Shown here piece by piece: positions 26,835 through 35,569 of a stretch of DNA of 64,000 bases (position 1 is the first letter of the stretch; every line of letters starts with the position of its first letter). Both the position numbers and the translations under genes were made by a program. The DNA comes from a virus. The notes under the pieces were generated by a model. That model saw nothing but the letters and a program-made list of their open reading frames with translations. It ran no database searches and was not told where the DNA came from. The stretch spans positions 1 through 64,000 of the IMG/VR virus record IMGVR_UViG_3300025697_000013, one strand, 5' to 3'.

Positions 26835-27159
26835 CCCCGGTACCTCCCTTCTTCTCCCTGAAGAATTCGCACTGCCTGGGGGTCGCCACCAGATTGCAGT
26901 TCGTATCCCCGCGGTCCTTGAAAAACCTGTTTCGACCCTTGAACAAACATCCGCCGTCGTCCTCGAGGTAGTGGCACAGGATCGGCTTACGCACCCGCTT
27001 CAACGTCGCATTCAGCCAGTCCATCTGGCCCAGACCCAGGGTTATATTCTGCCTCATCTGCTCATGGAGCACAAGAGCACGCCTGCGGGCCCGGTCGTCC
27101 AGGCGCTCCGAAGCCAGGATCTCGTCCAGGATCTCCCGATAACTCATCTCTTCCGACAT
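26815..27159 (-). CDS. hypothetical protein
   Basis: GGAGG RBS; Cys-rich C-half. Confidence 0.55.
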   Translation of the reverse strand: MSEEMSYREILDEILASERLDDRARRRALVLHEQMRQNITLGLGQMDWLNATLKRVRKPILCHYLEDDGGCLFKGRNRFFKDRGDTNCNLVATPRQCEFFREKKGGTGDDDDDS

Positions 27160-27605
27160 CGCGTCCCCTCCCATGGTCTCTGTCTTGCCAGCCGCTTCAT
27201 CCGGCGCATGTAGTAACACCCGTCCACGCGGCATCCTGAATTGCCCTCATGATAGCCACAGGCCCAAGCACGAGCGCAGCGGCCCCTCCAGTACGAGATT
27301 GACGATACGCCCGCCCACGCACCCACCCAGAGCCAAGAGACCATCAGAGCGCAAGCAGGGCGCCCGTACCGCCCCCCCGTGACTTGGTACGCCCCGCAAA
27401 TCCGCCATGGATGATCGGGGCTCCATGGATCGGGACGGTGGGAGCTCGTGGGATTGCGCCTGTGCTTGCCTTCGATCCAAGCAACAGCAAGGGCCTCGTC
27501 GCAATCGACGTCGTAGGCCGCTGCGAATGCGCAGGTGTAGATTTCCAGGGCCGTAGCGTCAGGAACCCACGTCCAAAGAATCAGCGCTGTCAGGATTGGA
27601 AACAC
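27144..27605 (-). CDS. divergent lytic transglycosylase (SLT-like) with N-terminal hydrophobic segment
   Basis: AAAYDVD...LAVAWIEG, GAYQV, W.G, GYHEG parallel the SLT motifs ES / GLMQ / AYNAG. Confidence 0.5.
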   Translation of the reverse strand: MFPILTALILWTWVPDATALEIYTCAFAAAYDVDCDEALAVAWIEGKHRRNPTSSHRPDPWSPDHPWRICGAYQVTGGRYGRPACALMVSWLWVGAWAGVSSISYWRGRCARAWACGYHEGNSGCRVDGCYYMRRMKRLARQRPWEGTRCRKR

Positions 27606-27612
27606 TGGCAGG

Positions 27613-28428
27613 CTATTTCTGCTGGCTGGAGTTGCCGAGGTAGTACTCGAAGTGCATGTCGTCCTTGCCCGCGCCGAACCCGCTCCGGCGGTTCAGGAGT
27701 TGGTTGGCCGTGAGCCCGAAAGCCCTCCGGTCCTTCGAGGAGATGCCCCAGCGCCCGCCCCAGTGGAACCCGAGGGCCTCCGCGATGATACGGATCCGTG
27801 GGTTGATCAGCCCGCGCTTGCCCATGCGGTTCTCGCTGGAGTCGACGTCGAAGGCGATCCCCCAGGAGTGGATCGAGAGCCGCCGCTTCGGGTTCCGGCC
27901 GATGTGGCGACAGGCGTAGGTCCCGATGTCCCGCAGGTCGTCGGCCAGGGACTCCTCCTCGATCACCTCGAGGAAGCGGACCAGGACTGGAACGATCTTC
28001 TCGTGGACCCACTTCTGCCCGACGATGGGGAGCGCGGCCTTCACGATCCGGTAGTCCTTGCTCTTGTTCGTGGGCTTGACCCAGCCCTTCTCCCCCGGCT
28101 TCGGGGTCGGATCGAAGGTCCCGAAGACCTCCCCGATCTCGGAATAGGTCCTGGGGATCCGAGGGAACGAGCCGCGTGCGCGTCTGCTTGCCGCCTCCTG
28201 CTCCAGCATCCGCTTCAGCCGCACCAGATTCTCCATGATCACTAGCTCGGGATCGTAGAGCCGGGTCTCGCGGACCAGGTCCTCCCGGGTGAGCAGAAGC
28301 GCCCGCCGGGTCGCCGGACCGAAGTCGTCGTCCACATTGATCTCCGGCGCCAGGCCCAGGTTGTTCATGCAGCGCTGCAGGCGCCCTACCACCTCGTCCT
28401 TCTCGCCGTACTTCGTAAAACCCTTCAT
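27613..28428 (-). CDS. endolysin: peptidoglycan-binding domain + M15 peptidase
   Basis: VGRLQ...VDDDFGPATRRAL; YACR...LSIHSWGIAFDV...WGGRW...DMHFE. Confidence 0.85.
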   Translation of the reverse strand: MKGFTKYGEKDEVVGRLQRCMNNLGLAPEINVDDDFGPATRRALLLTREDLVRETRLYDPELVIMENLVRLKRMLEQEAASRRARGSFPRIPRTYSEIGEVFGTFDPTPKPGEKGWVKPTNKSKDYRIVKAALPIVGQKWVHEKIVPVLVRFLEVIEEESLADDLRDIGTYACRHIGRNPKRRLSIHSWGIAFDVDSSENRMGKRGLINPRIRIIAEALGFHWGGRWGISSKDRRAFGLTANQLLNRRSGFGAGKDDMHFEYYLGNSSQQK

Positions 28429-29018
28429 CGTAGTCTTCCTCCTCGTCGAAGCCTTTCCAACAGCTCGTCAGGGACACCGGCACGCGCCAGAAGTCCCTCC
28501 AGGTTCTGGAGCGTCACCCCGTCGCACCCGAGGTAGATCGCCTCCGCTTCATCGTCCGTTACCTTGAGCCCGAACTCTGCCTGCGCCATCTGCTTTGCCA
28601 GGCGCTTGAGATCCTTCCGCTTCATCCCGACCGTCTGCCGCCCGAGCTGCAAGACCCGCCACTGCGCCGGTTGCCGCCTGACGACGCTCCACCCACGACG
28701 CGCGGCCAGGACCTCCCACGTGGTCGCCGCGGCCACCACCGGGATCACAGCGCTCATGTGCTCGCCGACGTACTGATCCTCGCGGACCAGCAGCCGCTGG
28801 TGGACCTCCGGATCCCATTCGGGCCAGTCCACCACCTTGACCCACTTCCCACGCCAGAGGATCACTCCCTCCGCAAGGAACCGCTCAACGGCATACCAGT
28901 CGGTCTTGAGGATCCTCCCGCTCCAGATCGGCTTGCGGGCTCTGCGATGTACAGAGATCCCGCTCTTCGTCGCAGGATCAACTCCGAGTACCCATCGCTC
29001 CATTAGGGGTGCCTCCAT
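28425..29018 (-). CDS. RuvC-like Holliday junction resolvase
   Basis: VLGVDP, VRED, P.QWR, K..AK, DDEAEAI. Confidence 0.75.
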   Translation of the reverse strand: MEAPLMERWVLGVDPATKSGISVHRRARKPIWSGRILKTDWYAVERFLAEGVILWRGKWVKVVDWPEWDPEVHQRLLVREDQYVGEHMSAVIPVVAAATTWEVLAARRGWSVVRRQPAQWRVLQLGRQTVGMKRKDLKRLAKQMAQAEFGLKVTDDEAEAIYLGCDGVTLQNLEGLLARAGVPDELLERLRRGGRLR

Positions 29019-29025
29019 GGGTCAG

Positions 29026-29054
29026 AGTGTAACAGGGGGAAGATTGGGTGACAA
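29026..29054 (-). promoter_or_regulatory. promoter TTGTCA-17-TACACT
   Basis: Upstream of resolvase/lysin genes; no operator nearby. Confidence 0.55.
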
Positions 29055-29061
29055 GACGGGG

Positions 29062-30627
29062 TCACAGGTCTACCGCCATGGCCACCGCTACCGGGCGCAC
29101 CCAGATCGGGGTGTCAGAGATCAGTTGGCGCTGCCCGGTCCATGCAAGCAGCAGGGTCTGCCCGATCACCGAGGCGATGGCCTGGGCAGCCGGGGCCGGG
29201 ACGGCGTTGCCGATCCGCGCCCGCCACGCGCTGTGCGCTTTGCCGTCCAGGTCGAAGTGCTCGTTGGGCTCCACGAGGCCCTGGAGCGCGGCCAGCTCCA
29301 GGGTGGTGAACGGTCGGTGCCAGGTCCCGTCAAGGGCCCTGATGATCCAGGCGCCGTTCTGTGTCGGGCTCGGGAGCTCCGTTGCATCGGGCACGCGGGG
29401 ATCAGATGTCCGGTCGGACTTGATCCTGACGCGTGGGTCGGCGAGGGCGAACGCTCCCTGGCCCGTGGTGCTCGCCGAGATCACCGTGCCTGTGGACTCG
29501 TCCCAGTCCGTCACTCTGTACTTGGCATGATCCCAGTTTTTCGATCGGGGATCGGCGATGGAGAACTTTCCGCTGGTGGGCTGGCCGCGGGAGCAGATCG
29601 CTCCAGATGTCTCCTCCCAATCCATGACCCCGAGGCAACTCTCGAAGCCGCTCTGGTGGCGCGGGTCTGCGATGGCCTGGCCTCCGGCAGAGGGACCTCC
29701 TCCGCTTGTGACGGCGCCGGATGGCCCGTCCCACTCGACGACCCGATAGATGTTACGGACGGGGACGATCCCGTAGTCCTTGAGATTCCCCGCCTCCACC
29801 TCGAGCCGTTCCAAGGAGCGCCAGTCCGCGCCGGCCTGGACGAACGCGAGACGCACCCAGGTCCTCCATTGGAGGCGGGGGCTGTGGTGCATCGGGCCAG
29901 CGCGGGGATCGTCCGGGAGCGGGAACCGGCCGAGCACGTCCCCGACCGTGAGCAGTTTCTTCTTCGGCGGCTCGTAGAGGAAGGGCGGCACCTTCTCGCG
30001 GTGGCGAGCCACCAGGAGGAAGCGCTTGCGTTTCTGCCCCAGTCCCCCGAGCTCGCCGCAGTCGTGGGTCGTCTCGGCGACCGCGTACCCGTACTGCTGT
30101 AGGACCCCAATGATCTGATCCAGGAAGTGCCTGCCGCGGGTGAGGATCCTGGGGACGTTCTCCATGATGAAGAACGCGGGCGGGTCGTCCTTCCACGCCT
30201 CGAGCGCAAGCCAGAAGCCCCGGATGGTGAGCCGATTCAGCGCCTGATACTTGTCGCTCCCGCTCTTGGCCGCGCTCAGGAGGCCCGAGTAGCCCTTGCA
30301 CGGCGGGCTCGTGAAGACGACGTCCGGACGTCTGCCGCCGGCAGCGCGCTGGAGATCCTCGGGCGAGGCCTCCCGCCAGTCGTCGGGTGGCTCGTGGCCG
30401 TGCCAGTCGATGTACTGATCCCGGTCGAAGAGATCCAGATACGTGCCCGGGACCCCGGCCAGGACCCGGAAGTCGGCAAGAGCAGCTCGGTCGGTGTCCA
30501 CCCCGCCGATGCAGCGGAACTTGGCCGTCACCCGTCCCACCCGGGCCTGGCCTGCGTTGAACCCCTTGGCCCCTCCACCCAGTCCACAGAACAGGTGGAA
30601 GTGCTTGATCTCCCTCCTGTCGATCAC
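29062..30627 (-). CDS. C5-cytosine DNA methyltransferase
   Basis: LFCGLGG, SPPCKGYS, ENV, Q.RKR, IGNAVP. Confidence 0.9.
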   Translation of the reverse strand: MIDRREIKHFHLFCGLGGGAKGFNAGQARVGRVTAKFRCIGGVDTDRAALADFRVLAGVPGTYLDLFDRDQYIDWHGHEPPDDWREASPEDLQRAAGGRRPDVVFTSPPCKGYSGLLSAAKSGSDKYQALNRLTIRGFWLALEAWKDDPPAFFIMENVPRILTRGRHFLDQIIGVLQQYGYAVAETTHDCGELGGLGQKRKRFLLVARHREKVPPFLYEPPKKKLLTVGDVLGRFPLPDDPRAGPMHHSPRLQWRTWVRLAFVQAGADWRSLERLEVEAGNLKDYGIVPVRNIYRVVEWDGPSGAVTSGGGPSAGGQAIADPRHQSGFESCLGVMDWEETSGAICSRGQPTSGKFSIADPRSKNWDHAKYRVTDWDESTGTVISASTTGQGAFALADPRVRIKSDRTSDPRVPDATELPSPTQNGAWIIRALDGTWHRPFTTLELAALQGLVEPNEHFDLDGKAHSAWRARIGNAVPAPAAQAIASVIGQTLLLAWTGQRQLISDTPIWVRPVAVAMAVDL

Positions 30628-32831
30628 AGCGCCACTCCATCGGCCGCGTCGAACAACCCCTGGGGCTTCGGGCTCTGGAGCCGGGTCACGAGATTGGTGT
30701 TTCGCTCGACCGGCCGGTTGTTGCTGCATGCGCGACCCAGCGCCTTCCGCATCCCGACCACCACCACCCGCCGGCGCCCGCGCGTGATCGCTGTGTAGAA
30801 GAGGTTCCGGGCCAGCATAATGTAGTGGCTCCAGTGGACCACCACGATCACCGCGGGATACTCCGACCCCTGGCTCTTGTGAATCGTAGCGGCGTAGGCC
30901 AACTGCAAGCTCCATGCCTGGTCCCGCCTGTACTCAACCACCCGCCCGTCGATCTCGACGTCCATCCGGAACGGCTTCTCCTGGAACCCCACCACGGTCC
31001 CGACGTCCCCGTTGTAGATGTCCAGGTCGTAGTTGTTCCGGATCTGCATCACCTTGTCGCCGACCCGGAAGATGGTCCCGTCCTTGAACTTCATCGCCGC
31101 CCGGCCGCCCTTGTTTAGCCGTCCCTGCAGGAGGGCATTGAGGCCCTGTGTTCCGATGTCCCCCCTCCGCATCGGGGTCAGGATCTGCACGTCACGGATC
31201 GGGTCGAAGCCCTCATCCTTGAGTTGGCGTAACGCGGTGAGGATCTGTACCTGCGCAGCAGACTGGTTTTCGTCCGTCTCGAGGAAGCTCATGTCCCACC
31301 GCTGTCCGTCCTCGGGCTCCCAGGCGAGCTTCTCCTCCGCCTGCACCCGGTGGGCGTTCGCGATGATCATGCTCCCCGCCGCCTGCCGGTAGATCACGTC
31401 GAGCCGAATCACCGGGACGACCCCCGAGTCGATCGTGTCTCGCAGCACAGCGCCGGGCCCGACGCTGGGGAGCTGGTCCACGTCACCCACCAGGACCAGC
31501 CGGTTCTCCGTGGTGAGAGCGTCCACCAGCCGATAGGCGAGGTTGATATCCATCATCGAAACCTCGTCGACGATGACCATGCCGCTCGGGAGGGGGGAAT
31601 CCCTGTTGACCCGCCAGCCCTCGTCGGGGTGGTACTCGAGCAGCCGGTGGATCGTCCTGGTATCCCACCCGGTCGACTCCTGCATCCGCTTCGCTGCGCG
31701 GCCCGTCGGCGCGGCCATGAGGACCCCAACACGCTGCGCCTGGAGCACGTAGAGGATCGCCTTGACTAGAGTGGTCTTCCCTGTCCCGGGCCCGCCGGTC
31801 ACCACGACGACCCGCTTCATCGACGCCTGCACCACCGCCGACCATTGGGTATCCGAGAGTTCAAACCCGAGGTGCCCCTCGACCTCCTGCCTGTTCGGAC
31901 CGCGGACACCTTCGATCGGGAGCCTCGCCATCGCAGCCAGGGTCGAACCCACCTTGCTCTCCGCGTGGTAGAGCGTGGTCAGGTAGACGCCGGTGGTTCC
32001 CGTGTCGAGGTCGCCCTCCACCTTGATCTTCGCGGTCCGGGCCATCGACCGCAGCGCCTCATCCACGTTCTCGACCGGCACCCCCAGGAGCCTGCATGCG
32101 TCCTGGTGGAGCTTGCTGACCGTCAGGAAGCAATGCCCGTTCTTCGTGGCCTCGCCAAGGACGAACTCGACCCCTGCCTGCACCCGGAACGGGGATGTCG
32201 TCGGGATCCCCATCCGCCTGGCCACCGCGTCCGCTCGCTTGAATCCGATCCCGTCGATCATCGTCAGCAGGTATGGATTCGTCTTCACCAGGTCGACGGT
32301 GGTGTCGCCGTAGCGCATGAAGACCCGCGCTGCGTATGCAGCCGAGATCCCGACCTTGAAGAGAAACACCATCACGTCCTTGATCCGGCGCTGCTTCTTC
32401 CAAGCCTCGGAGATCGCTGCCGCCCTCTTCGGGCCGATCCCTTCGACCGTCCGGAGGCGCTCTGGATGCTCCTCGATCACGTCGAGAGTCTGCAGCCCGA
32501 AGGCATTGACGATCCGCCCGGCCATCACGGGGCCGATCTCTGCGACCATCCCCGAGGACAGGTACTTGGTGATCGCCTGGATACCCTGGGGCTCTGTGAC
32601 CTCGAAGTCGGTGACCTGGAGGTCTCGACCGCCGAAGCGTTCGTTGTCTTTCCACGTCCCCTGCGCGCTGATCCGCTCACCGGGTAGGACCCCCGGCAGC
32701 TTGCCCACGATCTTCTCCTCGCGCCCACCGCCCACGTCCACGCGGGCCACGGTGAAGTGGCTCTCCTCGTCCCTGTAAATAAAATCGAGGATCGTTCCTT
32801 CGACCTCGCCCTTCTCGCCCCGCTCAACCAT
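30624..32831 (-). CDS. recD2: RecD2/TraA-like SF1B DNA helicase
   Basis: HhH repeats, GGPGTGKTT, APTGRAAKR, DEVSM, GDVDQLPSVGPG, YAATIHKSQGSEY. Confidence 0.92.
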   Translation of the reverse strand: MVERGEKGEVEGTILDFIYRDEESHFTVARVDVGGGREEKIVGKLPGVLPGERISAQGTWKDNERFGGRDLQVTDFEVTEPQGIQAITKYLSSGMVAEIGPVMAGRIVNAFGLQTLDVIEEHPERLRTVEGIGPKRAAAISEAWKKQRRIKDVMVFLFKVGISAAYAARVFMRYGDTTVDLVKTNPYLLTMIDGIGFKRADAVARRMGIPTTSPFRVQAGVEFVLGEATKNGHCFLTVSKLHQDACRLLGVPVENVDEALRSMARTAKIKVEGDLDTGTTGVYLTTLYHAESKVGSTLAAMARLPIEGVRGPNRQEVEGHLGFELSDTQWSAVVQASMKRVVVVTGGPGTGKTTLVKAILYVLQAQRVGVLMAAPTGRAAKRMQESTGWDTRTIHRLLEYHPDEGWRVNRDSPLPSGMVIVDEVSMMDINLAYRLVDALTTENRLVLVGDVDQLPSVGPGAVLRDTIDSGVVPVIRLDVIYRQAAGSMIIANAHRVQAEEKLAWEPEDGQRWDMSFLETDENQSAAQVQILTALRQLKDEGFDPIRDVQILTPMRRGDIGTQGLNALLQGRLNKGGRAAMKFKDGTIFRVGDKVMQIRNNYDLDIYNGDVGTVVGFQEKPFRMDVEIDGRVVEYRRDQAWSLQLAYAATIHKSQGSEYPAVIVVVHWSHYIMLARNLFYTAITRGRRRVVVVGMRKALGRACSNNRPVERNTNLVTRLQSPKPQGLFDAADGVAL

Positions 32832-32845
32832 TGTAGCCTCCTGCT

Positions 32846-34696
32846 TTATTCCAGCCCCGCGAAGTGGTCCTTTTCGGTGGGGAGCTCGCTTCCCTTCCCG
32901 CCACTACTGAGAGGGAGTTGATCCGTACCATCTCCCTTCTTCTTCTTCCGCTTTGCCCGCGCTGCCTCGATTGAAGCCGCCTTCATCTCGTCCTCGGTCA
33001 GCACCCGATAGGTCGTGGTCCTGGTATCGAAGTCCCAGAAGATCCGACCCTCCTGCCCGGCGTCGCTCCGAACCTTCCAGACCACACCGAGCACCACTGT
33101 CTTCGGGACACCTGCCGGCATGCCCATGGAACGAGTGCTGGCCTTCGTGTCGGTCACGCGCGGCCGCCAGATTGTGATCCCGTTGTCGATCAGCTTCTCA
33201 ATATCGGAGCTTCCCTTCAGGTCGTTCATTGAGACAATCGGATTCGATTCCTTGAGCGCGTGGGGGTGATGGATCAGGACGATATGTACCCCCGTCATCT
33301 GCGTAATCTCTTTCAGATCCTGGCACACCCGCTCGATCTCATATCGCTCGTGCTCCGGCCTCGCCGTCTTCACGAACCACCCAAGATTGTCGAGCACGAT
33401 CATGTATGGACCGAAGCGATTGATCGCCAGGTAGATCAGGTCCTTCAAAACGTCCCACTCGATGCGGCCATGGACATCGAAGAATTTCAGCGGCAGACGT
33501 TCGATCTGCGCCACCCCGTTCCGGATGTCCTCCTCAGTCCACTCGTCGAGATTCCGCTCGGTGACCTCCATCACCATCTTGTCCATGATGCTCTCGGGAC
33601 CATTCTCGAAGGATCCAATCACCACAGGGAATCCAGCCCGGGCAAGGTTCAGCGGGACACTTTTCATCCACGTCGTCTTCCCACCGCCGGTGCCGCCAGT
33701 AACGATGGTAAACTCGTGCCGGCGCCATCCACCGAAAACGAGATCCAGGTTCGCCCAGCCGGTCGACACCCCGCGGCGACCCTCTGGGCGCTTGAGCCGC
33801 TCGAGCATCCGTGGCAGGTATTCCTCTGGGCTGGCGATCCGGTGGTCCAGGAGGCCGCGGGCGGCGCGGACAGCGTCGATTATTCCACTGCCAGGCACCC
33901 CGGCAGCCATGGTCATCAGGGGGCTGGTTTCGCTGTCGACAATGCGACACCGGTGTGCCCCAAGACGCTCCGCCAACTCCCGGGCCCGGTCGTATTGGAA
34001 CCCCAGGATCGCGATGTCTTTGCACACGGCGAGCAGCTCCATCGCCTTCGCCTTCGGGGTTGAATTCGAAAGCGCCACCCCGACACCCACCCGCTGGATG
34101 TGGAGCGCTATGGCGTCTAGCTCGGTCGGCACCAGGATCACCTTCTCGAGGCTGCCACCGCCGGGGACGTAGAGGTAGTCCCCCTTCACCGCAGCACCAC
34201 GCTTCGCCAGATCCTCGATGAGCAAGAAGCAGATATTGATCAGCTCCTGGCCTCGGTTCACCGGGATAGCCACAGACAGCTTTCCGCCCTTCTCCATTGC
34301 CCCGAGCCCGAACCTACTCCAGTCATCCTGCTCGATCCCATGCCCAGCAAGGAACACCCGCACGTCCTCGAACCGCTCGCCGATCAGCAGGGCCTGCTGG
34401 TAGGTCGCCAGCATTTGTCCACTGGGACGACTGGTCTTCGTCTGCTGACCGCCATCGGAAAGCAGGGCAGAGAGATCACCCATGATGTGGAAGAGTCTCG
34501 CAATCGACGAACGATCCCCCTCCTCGCCATCGCCGCAGCCATTGCAGCGATAAGTCGAGCTGTGGAAATCGACCACAAGGGGACCGGGACCATCGCAGAG
34601 AGGGCAGGGAGAAATCACGACCTTCGACGGCTCATCGGAATCCTGGACCTTCCACGACTTCCGCTTCGCGTACTGCAAGAATTTGGTCTTGTCCAC
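32846..34696 (-). CDS. T7 gp4/Twinkle-like primase-helicase
   Basis: CPLC..CNGC Zn finger, TOPRIM-like middle, GGTGGGKTT, LDNL, LKGSSDIE. Confidence 0.85.
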   Translation of the reverse strand: MDKTKFLQYAKRKSWKVQDSDEPSKVVISPCPLCDGPGPLVVDFHSSTYRCNGCGDGEEGDRSSIARLFHIMGDLSALLSDGGQQTKTSRPSGQMLATYQQALLIGERFEDVRVFLAGHGIEQDDWSRFGLGAMEKGGKLSVAIPVNRGQELINICFLLIEDLAKRGAAVKGDYLYVPGGGSLEKVILVPTELDAIALHIQRVGVGVALSNSTPKAKAMELLAVCKDIAILGFQYDRARELAERLGAHRCRIVDSETSPLMTMAAGVPGSGIIDAVRAARGLLDHRIASPEEYLPRMLERLKRPEGRRGVSTGWANLDLVFGGWRRHEFTIVTGGTGGGKTTWMKSVPLNLARAGFPVVIGSFENGPESIMDKMVMEVTERNLDEWTEEDIRNGVAQIERLPLKFFDVHGRIEWDVLKDLIYLAINRFGPYMIVLDNLGWFVKTARPEHERYEIERVCQDLKEITQMTGVHIVLIHHPHALKESNPIVSMNDLKGSSDIEKLIDNGITIWRPRVTDTKASTRSMGMPAGVPKTVVLGVVWKVRSDAGQEGRIFWDFDTRTTTYRVLTEDEMKAASIEAARAKRKKKKGDGTDQLPLSSGGKGSELPTEKDHFAGLE

Positions 34697-34699
34697 GTG

Positions 34700-35569
34700 C
34701 TACTCGTCCCCGTCTTGGAAAATTCCAGCCAGGATACCCTCGCCGCTCTGGTGGTCGGACTCATCGGTGTCAGCACCGGGCATGGGCGCCCCAGCGTCGT
34801 GGGCCTTCTTCGCCCTGACGAATTTATCCAGGAAGTCGTCCACCCTCGAGGCGTCCTTGAAGATGAAAACCAAATCATTGTACGCGGTCTTCCGGTCGTT
34901 GGCTCCCTGGTGCCATGCCGAATGCAGATTCCCAATGATGGCCCGCTTGCACGCCTTCACATCGTAGCCATCTCGGAGTTGCTGCCGGATCGCATTGCGC
35001 CTTGCGGCAGAGAATACATACTGCCCCGTCTTCTGGAATGCCTGGCAGTAGAAGCCGTAGACCTCCTGGAGGGCCGCCTCCTCTGCCTCCTGCGCCTGGG
35101 TCTTCCGCTCTGCCGCCTTCCGGTCTCCACTCGGCACAGACGGCTCTGCGCCCAGGAGGTCTTTCTTTGCAGCAGCCTGTGGCGGAGGACCCTCCGCCCT
35201 CAAGCGCGAGCGTCGCTGCGAGCGGGCCTCCTGGATCGCCTCGGGGGGATCGGGGCACTTCGGCGGACCAGGGCGGTCAACGCTCTGCTCGGTGCTCCAG
35301 TGGATGAAGACCGCGTAGATCGCTACGCCGTGCTCGTAGGTGAGCACCTGACCCGCAGCCACGAGGCTGGCCATCATCCCATCGACCTCGCTCACCGCCA
35401 CCCCGGGGAAACTCAGGCAGGTACTGATATACATCGGATTCCAGAGGATCCTGCCATCGTCGTCCGCATAACACTGCAGAGTCCAGTAGGCATGCCTGGT
35501 CTCAATGGGGAGCCCGCCGAACAGCGGATCCCGCTGGGCCTTGCCGGCCCATATCGTTCGCTTCCTCAC
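34700..35569 (-). CDS. putative replication initiator protein
   Basis: L.CYADDDGR N-terminal motif, low-complexity linker, helical C-domain; next to helicase. Confidence 0.6.
   Translation of the reverse strand: MRKRTIWAGKAQRDPLFGGLPIETRHAYWTLQCYADDDGRILWNPMYISTCLSFPGVAVSEVDGMMASLVAAGQVLTYEHGVAIYAVFIHWSTEQSVDRPGPPKCPDPPEAIQEARSQRRSRLRAEGPPPQAAAKKDLLGAEPSVPSGDRKAAERKTQAQEAEEAALQEVYGFYCQAFQKTGQYVFSAARRNAIRQQLRDGYDVKACKRAIIGNLHSAWHQGANDRKTAYNDLVFIFKDASRVDDFLDKFVRAKKAHDAGAPMPGADTDESDHQSGEGILAGIFQDGDE

Noticed and set aside
29062-30915. N-terminally extended 617-aa C5 methyltransferase
   Set aside because: The extension overlaps the RecD2 gene; the GTGA-coupled start at 30627 sits just before motif I.
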